64,000 nt of DNA from Planctomycetota bacterium (GTDB taxonomy: Bacteria; Planctomycetota; UBA8108; SXIK01). Every line of letters starts with the position of its first letter. Position 1 is the stretch's first letter. The position numbers and the translations under genes were made by a program. The notes beneath the pieces are model-generated. The model saw only the letters and a list, made by a program, of their open reading frames with translations. It was not told where the DNA came from and did no database searches. The stretch is taken from the NCBI GenBank assembly GCA_965223845.1, contig CBDCXR010000004.1:5920001-5984000 (forward strand), written 5' to 3'. Of the stretch, positions 1 to 9,479 are shown piece by piece.

Positions 1-2
1 AT

Positions 3-500
3 ACCCGGGAGTCGTTCGCGACGGCACAGTTCAAGGAATTGAGCGACGCGAACAAGCTGAGCGCGCCGGCCTACGAGAAGCAGAACGCGGGAGTCGAGCT
101 GTCCGTTGCAGGGCCGCAGACGAAGATTCACTCGGCGGTCAAGCGAGTAGTACGTTACGAGGAAATCATCATCGACAGCAACTTCCTCGGGCACATTCGA
201 CGCTTCGTCATCCTAGCGGTCGGGTTGTTCACACACTTTCTCCGCGGGAACGCGGCGAGCCGCTCCGTGCTTTCCGCGATCAGCAAGAAACAGAGGAATC
301 CGATCGACCAGAATATCAAGGTGCGGGGGCCGCGCTACGCGGTGGCATCGAGTGCGACCAATACGCTCGAGAGCGAAGCCGCTCAGTTTGGTAGCCGGGC
401 GGAGGCCGAAGATTATTTGAGTGCTCGCGTGAAGGCGTCGCCGGGGCTCGCCGAAGAGCTCCACGTGATCCCGGCAGCGGAGCTGAGGGAGGCCGCGTGA
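3..500 (+). CDS. C-terminal part of a large protein (5'-truncated by the window edge), resembling the C-terminus of DUF6603-domain proteins
   Basis: Frame is open from base 3 (TRESFATAQFKELSDANKLSAPAYEKQNAGV...YEEIIIDSNF), so the track's TTG start at 39 is internal. The FAxAQFxxxSDxxKLSxPxYE motif matches my recollection of DUF6603-protein C-termini. Stop overlaps the next start (GTGA 497-500). Confidence 0.6.
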   Translation, partial: TRESFATAQFKELSDANKLSAPAYEKQNAGVELSVAGPQTKIHSAVKRVVRYEEIIIDSNFLGHIRRFVILAVGLFTHFLRGNAASRSVLSAISKKQRNPIDQNIKVRGPRYAVASSATNTLESEAAQFGSRAEAEDYLSARVKASPGLAEELHVIPAAELREAA

Positions 501-3500
501 ACGGCGAGATCGGAACCTACACCTTTCTGCCTTGGCTTCGCCAGGGCATCGCCAACCGCATTCAATCCGGTGACCTCGATGCGACGGTGAAGAGCCGCGC
601 GGCCATCACCATCAACATGAACGCGAAGGGAACCGGCGGCGAGGGCGGAGAGCTCTCGGCTTCGATCCCGCGTGAGGTGGCCTTGTACGGCCCGAGCGAC
701 ATCATAGGGATCGAAGCCCGGGCGATTCTCAAAACCGAGCCCCATCACTGGATCACGAACTTCGAGCCGAATTACTGTCCGTACATCGATTTCTACGATG
801 AGGATCTTCCTTGGCGCTACACTCCCGCCGCACCCGCGGGAGGTCGCTTGCGCCCGTGGATTACCCTTCTCGTTCTCAAAGAGGAGGAATTCAAGGAGGG
901 AGCGAACTCGCAGGGCAGGCCGCTCCCGTTTATCGAAATCGCCGCGGAGTCCATCGCGACCGTGTTCCCCAAGGCGGAGGAGCTTTGGGCGTGGGCTCAC
1001 GTTCACGTCAACAAGAATCTCGCGGGTTCACAGGCGGCTCCGCAAGCTCCCGACGTTGGCGCCGTCACGACGCAGCTCGAGTCGCTCCTCCGCTCGCAGC
1101 CCGATCTGGCGTACTCTCGCCTGCTCTGTCCGCGCAAGCTCGAGCCGAACGCCCGCTATCACGGGTTCTTGATTCCGACGTTCGAAACCGGACGCTTGGC
1201 GGGACTCGGAGAGGATCCAGATACCGCGCCGCACGCGACGTTCTCGGCTTGGGGAGAGGGGCGGTCCGATCCGACGCGGTTTCCCGTTTACCACCGTTGG
1301 TTCTTCCGCACCGGCTCTCGCGGTGATTTCGAGTACCTCGTTCGTTTGCTCGAGCCGCGCCCCGCCGACGAGCGCGTCGGCCGGCGCGACATCGATGTTC
1401 GAGCGCCGGGCTCGAACATCGCCGGCATCACCGATCCGGATCTAGAGGGCGTGCTCAAGCTGGGCGGCGCGCTGCTCGCGCCGCTCACCGACGAGGCGGA
1501 GCAAGCGCTCGCCAAATGGGAGAAGTGGGGCCAACCGTACCCCCACGAGTTTCAGAAGCAGCTCGCGCAATTCATCAATCTCGCCGACGACTACGCCGCT
1601 CAGAGTGCGGCGAACGCACACCAGGGGACGGACCTCGATCCCGCGATCCAGGATGATCCGGATCCGCTCATTACGCCACCTCTCTACGGTCGGTGGCACG
1701 CGCTGACGAGACGCCTGCTGAAGGCGCGAGACGGTACGGATGCACCGAACGCCGAGAACTGGGTCCACGACCTCAATCTCGATCCTCGCTGGCGCTGCGC
1801 GGCCGGTTTCGGCACGGACGTCATCATCGACAACCAGGAAGAGTACATGAACGCCGCCTGGGACCAGGTGGGCGACGTGCTCGAGGCCAATCGCCGTCTC
1901 CGTCTCGCGCGCCTTGCTTTGCTGGTTTCTCGCTACTGGTACGAACGGCATCTCAAGCCAGTTCGGTTGATCAGCGCCGAGCGCATGATGGTCATGACCG
2001 CGCCTGTCCACAAGCGGATCCTGAACCAAGGGGTGACGGTCTTTCACCAGGTCCGCCGCAGTGCCGTCACGCCGGCGCTGACCTCAGCTCCCCTCCGGCG
2101 CATTTTGCGCCCCAACGCACGTCTCCACCGGTACGCCAATTTGGACGGGGAGATGCGTTCTGAGAGTCTCATCTCGCGCGTCAATCGCGGCGAGGTCACC
2201 GCGGCGCCACCGAACACCGTGCCGCCAGATCTACCGACCGTCGAGGACCTGGCCGACGAGCTGCGACCGGCCGGCGTGCCCGACGTCGTTCTCGATGCGC
2301 TCGAACAGAATCCGTGGCTACGCCACGTTCCGTGGATCCTCGCGCTCGTGCTCGGATTTCTGCTGCTCGTTCTCAGCGCGGGTGCGGTCGCGTGGGGAAT
2401 CGGCGCTGCGATCGCCGCTGGATTGATCGCCGCATCGCGCTTGCTGACGCGTTGGCTTGACCAGGCGACGAGTGCTTCTTCGATTCGCGGCGAGAACCAG
2501 ACGCCCGAATCCGTGGACGCGTTCCCGACCTCGGCGGAGTTCGCGCTGACGCCGAAAATCGACCTGTCGTCTCCCGCTGACATCGCGGCCGACCGCATCG
2601 CCCTCGGAGGCGCAGACAACGAGCAAAGCGTTCGGTTCAAGGCGGCGCTCAAGGATGCGTATCGCGTGGTTCAGAGCGGCCTCGTCGCGGGTCAAACAGA
2701 GAATCCCGTTCCCATCGACGTCGGCGCGATCGCGAACGCGGCCGTCGCGCGCTTGGATCCGTCGGTAGCGATTTCGAGGTTCGTCCAGGGCAACCTCGAG
2801 CTTCCGGACCACATCCGCGATCTCATCCGGGAGAAATTCGTCGACGCGATGGCGTATCCGGAGTTCGACATTCCGATGTACAAGCCGCTCGCAGATAAAT
2901 CGACGGACTTGTTCGTCCCGAATTTGAACTTCATCAAGCAAAACACGATCACACTGCTGAACACCAACCAGCGTTTCATCGAGTCCTACATGGTGGGACT
3001 CAACCACGAGTTCGCTCGCGAGCTCCTCTGGCGCGAATACCCCACGGATCAGCGAGGGAGCTACTTCAGACAGTTTTGGGACGTCAGCACATTCCTGAGT
3101 GACACCGAAGACGACGCGGCACGCCGGGAAGAGTTGAAGGATATTCCTCCCCTACACCGCTGGTCTCGGTCGAGCGATCTCGGCGACCACGATCACCGCG
3201 AGCAAGGGCGGGACAACGAAGAGGAGCTGGTGCTCGTCATCCGCGGGGAGCTCCTGAAGAAGTATCCGAACGCGGTGATTTACGCGCACAAGGCTAAATG
3301 GCAGCCGAAGAGCGAGAGCGATCCGACTCCCGACAAGACGAAGGAACGCGTCTTCGATGAAAGCGAACCGATCAAGACACCTCTCTACGAGGCGCAGGTG
3401 AAGCCTGACATCTATTTTTTCGGATTTGACCTAACGGAGGATGTCGCGCGAGGCGACGACTCCGTCGATGACGACCCGGGGTGGTTTTTCGTGATCAGAG

Positions 3501-3814
3501 AACGGCCTGGCGAACCGAGGTTCGGGCTCGACATCGAACGCGAAGGACCGCTGCAGATCTGGAATGATCTCGCTTGGCCCGACGTCGTTCCGGAAGTCGC
3601 GGACGGTGACTACATCGATATCAGCGCCGCACCGAACCGCACGCTGCCCAACAGCGCCCCGGCGGGAGAGGCGCAGGAGAAAGCCGGGCAGTGGGCGGAG
3701 GATCATTTGCTGAGCTGGACCAGCAGCCTCACTTCGGCCGAGCTCGCTTACATCTTGTTCCAAGCACCCGTGTTGGTCGGCGTGCACGCCGCGGAAATGT
3801 TGCCGGAATCATAA
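497..3814 (+). CDS. Conserved hypothetical protein, 1105 aa, with an internal hydrophobic hairpin
   Basis: Long ORF, GTG coupled to the upstream stop. Motif-like blocks GDFEYLVRLL, QEEYMNAAWDQVG, GLNHEFARELLWREYPTDQRGSYFRQFWD, FFVIRERPGEPRFGLD. No signal peptide. Confidence 0.9.
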   Translation: MNGEIGTYTFLPWLRQGIANRIQSGDLDATVKSRAAITINMNAKGTGGEGGELSASIPREVALYGPSDIIGIEARAILKTEPHHWITNFEPNYCPYIDFYDEDLPWRYTPAAPAGGRLRPWITLLVLKEEEFKEGANSQGRPLPFIEIAAESIATVFPKAEELWAWAHVHVNKNLAGSQAAPQAPDVGAVTTQLESLLRSQPDLAYSRLLCPRKLEPNARYHGFLIPTFETGRLAGLGEDPDTAPHATFSAWGEGRSDPTRFPVYHRWFFRTGSRGDFEYLVRLLEPRPADERVGRRDIDVRAPGSNIAGITDPDLEGVLKLGGALLAPLTDEAEQALAKWEKWGQPYPHEFQKQLAQFINLADDYAAQSAANAHQGTDLDPAIQDDPDPLITPPLYGRWHALTRRLLKARDGTDAPNAENWVHDLNLDPRWRCAAGFGTDVIIDNQEEYMNAAWDQVGDVLEANRRLRLARLALLVSRYWYERHLKPVRLISAERMMVMTAPVHKRILNQGVTVFHQVRRSAVTPALTSAPLRRILRPNARLHRYANLDGEMRSESLISRVNRGEVTAAPPNTVPPDLPTVEDLADELRPAGVPDVVLDALEQNPWLRHVPWILALVLGFLLLVLSAGAVAWGIGAAIAAGLIAASRLLTRWLDQATSASSIRGENQTPESVDAFPTSAEFALTPKIDLSSPADIAADRIALGGADNEQSVRFKAALKDAYRVVQSGLVAGQTENPVPIDVGAIANAAVARLDPSVAISRFVQGNLELPDHIRDLIREKFVDAMAYPEFDIPMYKPLADKSTDLFVPNLNFIKQNTITLLNTNQRFIESYMVGLNHEFARELLWREYPTDQRGSYFRQFWDVSTFLSDTEDDAARREELKDIPPLHRWSRSSDLGDHDHREQGRDNEEELVLVIRGELLKKYPNAVIYAHKAKWQPKSESDPTPDKTKERVFDESEPIKTPLYEAQVKPDIYFFGFDLTEDVARGDDSVDDDPGWFFVIRERPGEPRFGLDIEREGPLQIWNDLAWPDVVPEVADGDYIDISAAPNRTLPNSAPAGEAQEKAGQWAEDHLLSWTSSLTSAELAYILFQAPVLVGVHAAEMLPES

Positions 3815-3815
3815 A

Positions 3816-6800
3816 GTGGATCGACGCGAATTCACCAACGCCCAGAACGCACTCGATGCCGCGCGCCGCGCGGAGGCAGAAGCGCGGTCGGAGTCGTTCC
3901 TTCTCGGCGAGCGGCTGCGAAAGCATCGCCGTCACATCCGCGAAGTCTCTCGCCGAGCTGACGATCTCGATCGCCTGACCGAAGAAGAGCGATTGATGGT
4001 GGGTGAGATCGAGACGCGCAGAGCAGCGGAAGTCGGCGCGCTCACCGAGCTTCTCGATCGCCAGCGTCTCTTCGAGCGTTTCACGAACCCGATCGACAAC
4101 ATCGGTCTCCTCGATGATCGATATCCGATCGTCCTCTTTCCGGTGAGGCTGGAAACTCGGTTCAAGGATCTCACGTCGGACGGTTCCGCTGGGACTCAGC
4201 TGTGGCTTCGCATTTACCCCGACGACATCTTGGTCGACACCTTCGAGAGCGTCCTCGCGGAGGTCGAAATCAGCAACGCGCGAGTCTACTGGACCAATGT
4301 CTGGAAGGCGGGCGGCGACGACGGTGAGAAGCGCGCCGCGTGGCAGTCACTCGTAAAGAGTCACGGGGCCGGTCGAGCGTTTTGGATCATTCAACAAGTC
4401 GCGCCGACGAATCTCGACGACGAGCCGGTGAAAGGCGCGGGCGAGCACCTCCTCGTCGTCGTCACGGAAACGCCTCTCCCTGGATCGGAAAAAGCGCCGG
4501 CGGAGGACTATTGGCGTCGGGTCTTCGAAGGATCGGGTGACGAAGCAGCGCTGAACGCCGCGCTCCAAGATCTGGTCTCGGCGGTCGGTCCTGCGCGTGC
4601 CGAAACGATTCGATCCGAGTACGCACCGCAGAATATCGCGGCGCCGATCGCGAACCCAGAGTCCGTGACGAGTGTCCGCGTCGAGTTTCTCGAGCTCCCC
4701 GCGCTCGACACGATACCCAGCCAAGAGCAGCCGTGGATGCATCCGGCCCGAGCGTGGCTGCTGCCGGATCGTTTTGTCGTTCTCGGGTTCAACGGTGAGG
4801 AGCAGACCTTGCTCCACATCGGAAGTCCCGTCCCGTCCGAGCTGATGATCGGGCCCAATCCGGCCTCCCCTGACGACGATCAACTGCGCCTCGAGGACGA
4901 TGAGCTCGTGCTGCCAGAGGGGATGCGCTGGATCAACGACTTCGACGAAGCTGTAGCGAAGGGAATGGGTTTTCGCATCGATCTCGATCCGATCCAGGCT
5001 CGCCGTGGTTTCGATCGCTTGTTCGTGCTCGGCATCCGATTGAGCTCGGATCAAGATCGCGGTCGACAGAATCTCGAGACCCTCGTTCAGAACCATCAGA
5101 GAAGCCGTAAGGGATTCAGCCTGCTGCCGCAGGGTGCACCCACGAACAACGTCGAGGACGACGGCGCCGGCTACTCGTGGCGCGAGGACGCCGACGTCAG
5201 CTACGAACATTTCTTCGGTGGCGAGTCGATCGACGATCCGATCGACTGGCGACGGCGAAGGGACGGCCGCTGGTTGGCTCACGTGCTCGGAATCGACCCC
5301 GAGATTCTCAAAGCTTCGCCCAACTACTACGCGACCGATCAATGCGAGGCTCGAGCGCTCAACGAGGCTCTGTGGCCGACGACGCTCGGCTACTTCATGG
5401 AGCGGATGATGGAGCCCGTGTTCTCCGACGATACCGTGGAGGACACGCGCGCCTACTTCAATCGTTTCGTATTGGGGCGCGGCACGATCCCCTCCATCCG
5501 AGTCGGGCGGCAGCCGTACGGTATCCTGCCGGCTGCGCCGTACTCGAGGCTGACCTGGCTGAGGCGCGGCATTCGGATCCGCGACGAGGGAGTCGGCGAT
5601 CTCCCGCGCCGACAGCTCGAGTTCCTGCCGCGCCTCTACGAACTCATTTTGCGGGCGCACGAGGATTGGAAAACGCTCGCCGGCGAGGTGTCGTACGTCG
5701 GCAAGCCGGGGGTCGACCCGCATCAAGCTCTTCTCGACGTCGTCGGTCTTCATCCGACGTCCGTCGAGTACTACCAGCGCTATGCCGAGAGTGCGGAGAT
5801 GCTGTACAACCGATTGAAGCTCGGCGGGCCGCTGGGCGCGTTTGTCGCCGCGCTCATCGCGGCGGGCTACGTCGAGAGCGGCCTGCAGTTACTCACCCGG
5901 TTGGGCTACGTGCGGGGCGATGACGACGAGACCCCGGAAATCCTGTCGAAGTTCTTCCTTCGCTCGCCCAATTTGCTGAAGGGGCCGGTGATCGACGATC
6001 AGCCGCTCTCGGAGACAGCTTCGATTCGTGCCTATCGTGAGGACGGATCGAACTACTTGAGCTGGCTCATCGAAGCGGCCCGTGACTCTCACGACACTCT
6101 GCGGATGCAGGCGGGATTTCTCGACGGGCGCCCCCCCACGGCCCTTCTTTACCTGATGCTCCGGCACGCGCTCGATCTCGGATTCGTCGAAACTAGCATT
6201 CAGCTCCACCTCGAAGCGAACTTGCTCACGGCGTCGGAGGCGCTGGAGGCTCGGCGCGATCCGAAGTTTTTCCAGATTGAGGACGTCGCCGAAGACAAGG
6301 GCAGCGCTTGGAAGTTCCTTTATGCAAAGGAACAGAGCATCACCCAGTCACCCGATCTTCGTGTGGCCGAGTTTATTCCGCGCATCCTGACGACCCGCGA
6401 TCCGTATCTGAACAAACAACTGGAGGCTCTCGAGCATCTCGAACGCGCCCCGACGGCGCGGCTCGAACGGGCGTTCGCCGAACACATCGACTGCTGTACG
6501 TACCGGCTGGACGCGTGGTGGTTGAGCCTGCTGGGAGCACAGATCGACGTGATGCGCGCGACCGCGAGGGGATCGGACGACGACTCGCCCGGTCGCGACG
6601 ACGCGGGTCGTCCGAATCCGGAAGAGCCCGACGATTCTCAGCCGACCGAGGACGCCGTCGCGATGGCCGGTGGGTGCTATCTCGGTGCGTTCGGTTGGCT
6701 CGAGGATCTTCGCCCGGATCACCGGAAGCTCGAGCCAGTGAGGCTGCCCGAGCATCTCGACGCGGTTTTCAACAAGGAGTCCGACGAGACACCGCTCACG

Positions 6801-9479
6801 GTGGATGACCAGAACTTCGGCTACATTCACGCGCCGTCGTTGAACCACGCGGTGACCGCCGCAGTTCTGCGAAACGGGTACCTCGCGAACGCGACACCGA
6901 CGAACCCGGAGACTCTTTCGGTCAATCTCACCTCGCAGCGAGTACGCCTGGCGCTTGGAGTTGTCCAAGGGATGCGCAACGGACAAAGCTTGGGGGCCTT
7001 GCTGGGTTACCAGCTCGAGCGCGGCCTTCACAACCGCGAAGGATTGTTTCTCGATTCGATCATCTTCGAGCTGAGGAAGAAGTTCCCGCTCGCCGCAAAC
7101 CAGCTCGCTAGCACGAGAGAGCCAGACGCCGCGATCGAGTCCATCGAGGCTCGAAATGTCGTCGACGGAGCCGAGTTGCTCGAACACACGCAGTCGACGG
7201 GAAGCGCGTCGTATCCGTTTGGGTTCAGCGATCTTCCCGCAGTGGCCGATCCCGCTGCGCGTTCCGCGATCGACGCCGAGGTCCGCAAGATCGCGGACAT
7301 CAACGATGCCGTCGCGGACTTGGCGCTGGCCGAAAGCGTCTATCAGGTCGTGCAGGGAAACTACGATCGCGCCGGCGCCGCGCTCGATGCGTACGGAAAG
7401 GGCGAGTTTCCTCCGATCCCCGAAGTCGTCCAGACTCCGCGGAGCGGCGTGACGCTGACTCACCGCGTCGGTCTCCATCTTCCCGCGAATCTCGACCCCG
7501 ACGACGCGGCGTTCTCGACGCCGCGTGCGAAAGGAGAGCCGGCGATCAGCCTTTGGATCGAACAGCTCCTCCCATCTCCGTCATCGATATTCTGCTCCGC
7601 CGAATTCGTCGACGCGTCCACCGGGTTGCCCACGTCGGTGTCGGTGAGTGCGGCCGAACTCGGTCTTCACGCGGTTGATTTGCTGTACCTGGTCCACGGT
7701 GACGCGGAGCAGGCGATGACCGCGCTCGACGATCGAGTGATTTGGCTCGTCTCCGCTCGCCCGGACGTCCGGCCCGATGCGGAGATCAAGATCCGCTACC
7801 GGACAAAACCAGCCACCGGGTTTTCGTTCTTCGAGATCTCTCCCCTCGTCGACGAGCTGCGGGCGCTTCTGCTGCGCTCGCGGCCCTTGCGAGCGACGGA
7901 CGCGCGCCTGCCGAACGAAGCGAGCAAGGCCGAGGAGTCCGCCGCGGCGATCCGAGAGGTCAAAGTGACTCGCGTGCGCGATCTTCTCGTCACGCAGGCT
8001 GCTCTCCTCGCGACACTCGTGGGCGACGCGGACACGTTGTTGTCCGATCCGGACGAATCGGTGGTCGAGGCCAATGCGGTCGACAACATCGACGCGTTGA
8101 TTCTCCGGTTTGGCGACATCGCCAACGCCGTGGGGCTTTTCGGACTGCCCGGCACCGGTCTCGGATTCGCGTGGGATTGGCGGAAGAAGGAGTTCGCCGA
8201 CCTCCTCTCCAAGCTCGAAGCTCTGCTTCAGCGCTGGGAGAGCCGCCTCGCGAAGTTTGACGGACAGCTCGTCGAATACGGCGCGTTGGATCCGTCCACT
8301 GCTGACGAAGAGCGCATCGCGTTCCTGCTGCAGGCGGCGCTTTCGATCCACGCCGAGCCTCTCGCTCCGCCACCGAGCGGTGACCCGGCCGACCTGCTCA
8401 GCTCGCTGAACGGTGTCGTCCGTCCGGCTTTCGTGGGAGTACGCAACAGTTTGTCCGCCCTGATCGGCAGCGAAGATACGGTCGGCGGTCTCTACAAGGC
8501 GCTGGTCGCTGCGGAGACACCGATCGCCGTCCACGACCTCGAGCCGCTGGATCTCGAGCCCAATCTGAAATCCATCGTCGCGTTCGCCAAGACTCTACAC
8601 TCGAGCATGCGAGCCCTGTCGAACGACGTCGGAGCGCGGATCGCCGCCGCCGCCGCCTTGCTCGCCAGCACAGACGCGGGAAGCGCGGACGCGCGCATCG
8701 ACGAACTGACCCGAGCTGTTCGTCAGCTGACGAGCGAAGACTTCGTCGTCCTCCCGGAATTCTCGGCAGCGAACGAGCACGGTACCGAGTGGCGGAAGAC
8801 GCTCGACGACACCGCTCAGTTGACCGCATTCCTGCGCGATGACGCGGGGGTCGATTTTCCTGTCGACGACTGGCTCTACGGTGTCGCGCGTGTGAGAGAA
8901 AAGCTTCAGCACTTCGAGAGCGCCACCATGCTCGCCGAGGCGCTGACGGGGAGTTCACTCGATCTCGTCCCCGCGCAGTTCCCCTATCGCGAGAACGATT
9001 CGTGGCTGGCTCTGCGTTTTCCCGAACAGCAGCCGGGAGGCGACTCGCCGTTCGTTATCGACGAAGACAAGCTTTTGTACACGGCCTACTATCACTCACC
9101 GTTCAACCCGGGCGATCCGCGGCACTGTGGTGTTTTAGTGGATGAGTGGACGGAGGTCATTCCGACGAACGAAGAGACGACGGGTTTGGCCTTCCACTAC
9201 GATCGTCCCAACTCGGAGCCACCGCAGACGCTACTCTTGGCGCTTCCGGCGAGTTTTTCGGGCGGCTGGAAGTGGGCCGACCTCGTCGACACGCTCCACG
9301 AGACGCTCGATATGGCGCGGCTTCGAGCCGTCGAGCCTGGCCAGCTGGATGAAACCGCCTACGGCCGTTTTCTTCCCGCGGTCCTGTCCAAGGTGACACG
9401 CTATCCCATCATGGCCATGCTCGACTTGGCCCACAATAACGCGGTCCAATTCCTCAGCGAAAAGGTTGCCGACACGTGA
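3816..9479 (+). CDS. Conserved hypothetical giant protein, 1887 aa
   Basis: Starts 1 nt after the upstream TAA. N-terminal coiled-coil-like stretch; blocks LFPVRLETRF, RVGRQPYGILP, YRLDAW, GYIHAPSLNHAVTAAVLRNGY, LGYQLERGLH, LVDEWTEVIP, GLAFHYDRPNSEPPQ. Confidence 0.9.
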   Translation: MDRREFTNAQNALDAARRAEAEARSESFLLGERLRKHRRHIREVSRRADDLDRLTEEERLMVGEIETRRAAEVGALTELLDRQRLFERFTNPIDNIGLLDDRYPIVLFPVRLETRFKDLTSDGSAGTQLWLRIYPDDILVDTFESVLAEVEISNARVYWTNVWKAGGDDGEKRAAWQSLVKSHGAGRAFWIIQQVAPTNLDDEPVKGAGEHLLVVVTETPLPGSEKAPAEDYWRRVFEGSGDEAALNAALQDLVSAVGPARAETIRSEYAPQNIAAPIANPESVTSVRVEFLELPALDTIPSQEQPWMHPARAWLLPDRFVVLGFNGEEQTLLHIGSPVPSELMIGPNPASPDDDQLRLEDDELVLPEGMRWINDFDEAVAKGMGFRIDLDPIQARRGFDRLFVLGIRLSSDQDRGRQNLETLVQNHQRSRKGFSLLPQGAPTNNVEDDGAGYSWREDADVSYEHFFGGESIDDPIDWRRRRDGRWLAHVLGIDPEILKASPNYYATDQCEARALNEALWPTTLGYFMERMMEPVFSDDTVEDTRAYFNRFVLGRGTIPSIRVGRQPYGILPAAPYSRLTWLRRGIRIRDEGVGDLPRRQLEFLPRLYELILRAHEDWKTLAGEVSYVGKPGVDPHQALLDVVGLHPTSVEYYQRYAESAEMLYNRLKLGGPLGAFVAALIAAGYVESGLQLLTRLGYVRGDDDETPEILSKFFLRSPNLLKGPVIDDQPLSETASIRAYREDGSNYLSWLIEAARDSHDTLRMQAGFLDGRPPTALLYLMLRHALDLGFVETSIQLHLEANLLTASEALEARRDPKFFQIEDVAEDKGSAWKFLYAKEQSITQSPDLRVAEFIPRILTTRDPYLNKQLEALEHLERAPTARLERAFAEHIDCCTYRLDAWWLSLLGAQIDVMRATARGSDDDSPGRDDAGRPNPEEPDDSQPTEDAVAMAGGCYLGAFGWLEDLRPDHRKLEPVRLPEHLDAVFNKESDETPLTVDDQNFGYIHAPSLNHAVTAAVLRNGYLANATPTNPETLSVNLTSQRVRLALGVVQGMRNGQSLGALLGYQLERGLHNREGLFLDSIIFELRKKFPLAANQLASTREPDAAIESIEARNVVDGAELLEHTQSTGSASYPFGFSDLPAVADPAARSAIDAEVRKIADINDAVADLALAESVYQVVQGNYDRAGAALDAYGKGEFPPIPEVVQTPRSGVTLTHRVGLHLPANLDPDDAAFSTPRAKGEPAISLWIEQLLPSPSSIFCSAEFVDASTGLPTSVSVSAAELGLHAVDLLYLVHGDAEQAMTALDDRVIWLVSARPDVRPDAEIKIRYRTKPATGFSFFEISPLVDELRALLLRSRPLRATDARLPNEASKAEESAAAIREVKVTRVRDLLVTQAALLATLVGDADTLLSDPDESVVEANAVDNIDALILRFGDIANAVGLFGLPGTGLGFAWDWRKKEFADLLSKLEALLQRWESRLAKFDGQLVEYGALDPSTADEERIAFLLQAALSIHAEPLAPPPSGDPADLLSSLNGVVRPAFVGVRNSLSALIGSEDTVGGLYKALVAAETPIAVHDLEPLDLEPNLKSIVAFAKTLHSSMRALSNDVGARIAAAAALLASTDAGSADARIDELTRAVRQLTSEDFVVLPEFSAANEHGTEWRKTLDDTAQLTAFLRDDAGVDFPVDDWLYGVARVREKLQHFESATMLAEALTGSSLDLVPAQFPYRENDSWLALRFPEQQPGGDSPFVIDEDKLLYTAYYHSPFNPGDPRHCGVLVDEWTEVIPTNEETTGLAFHYDRPNSEPPQTLLLALPASFSGGWKWADLVDTLHETLDMARLRAVEPGQLDETAYGRFLPAVLSKVTRYPIMAMLDLAHNNAVQFLSEKVADT

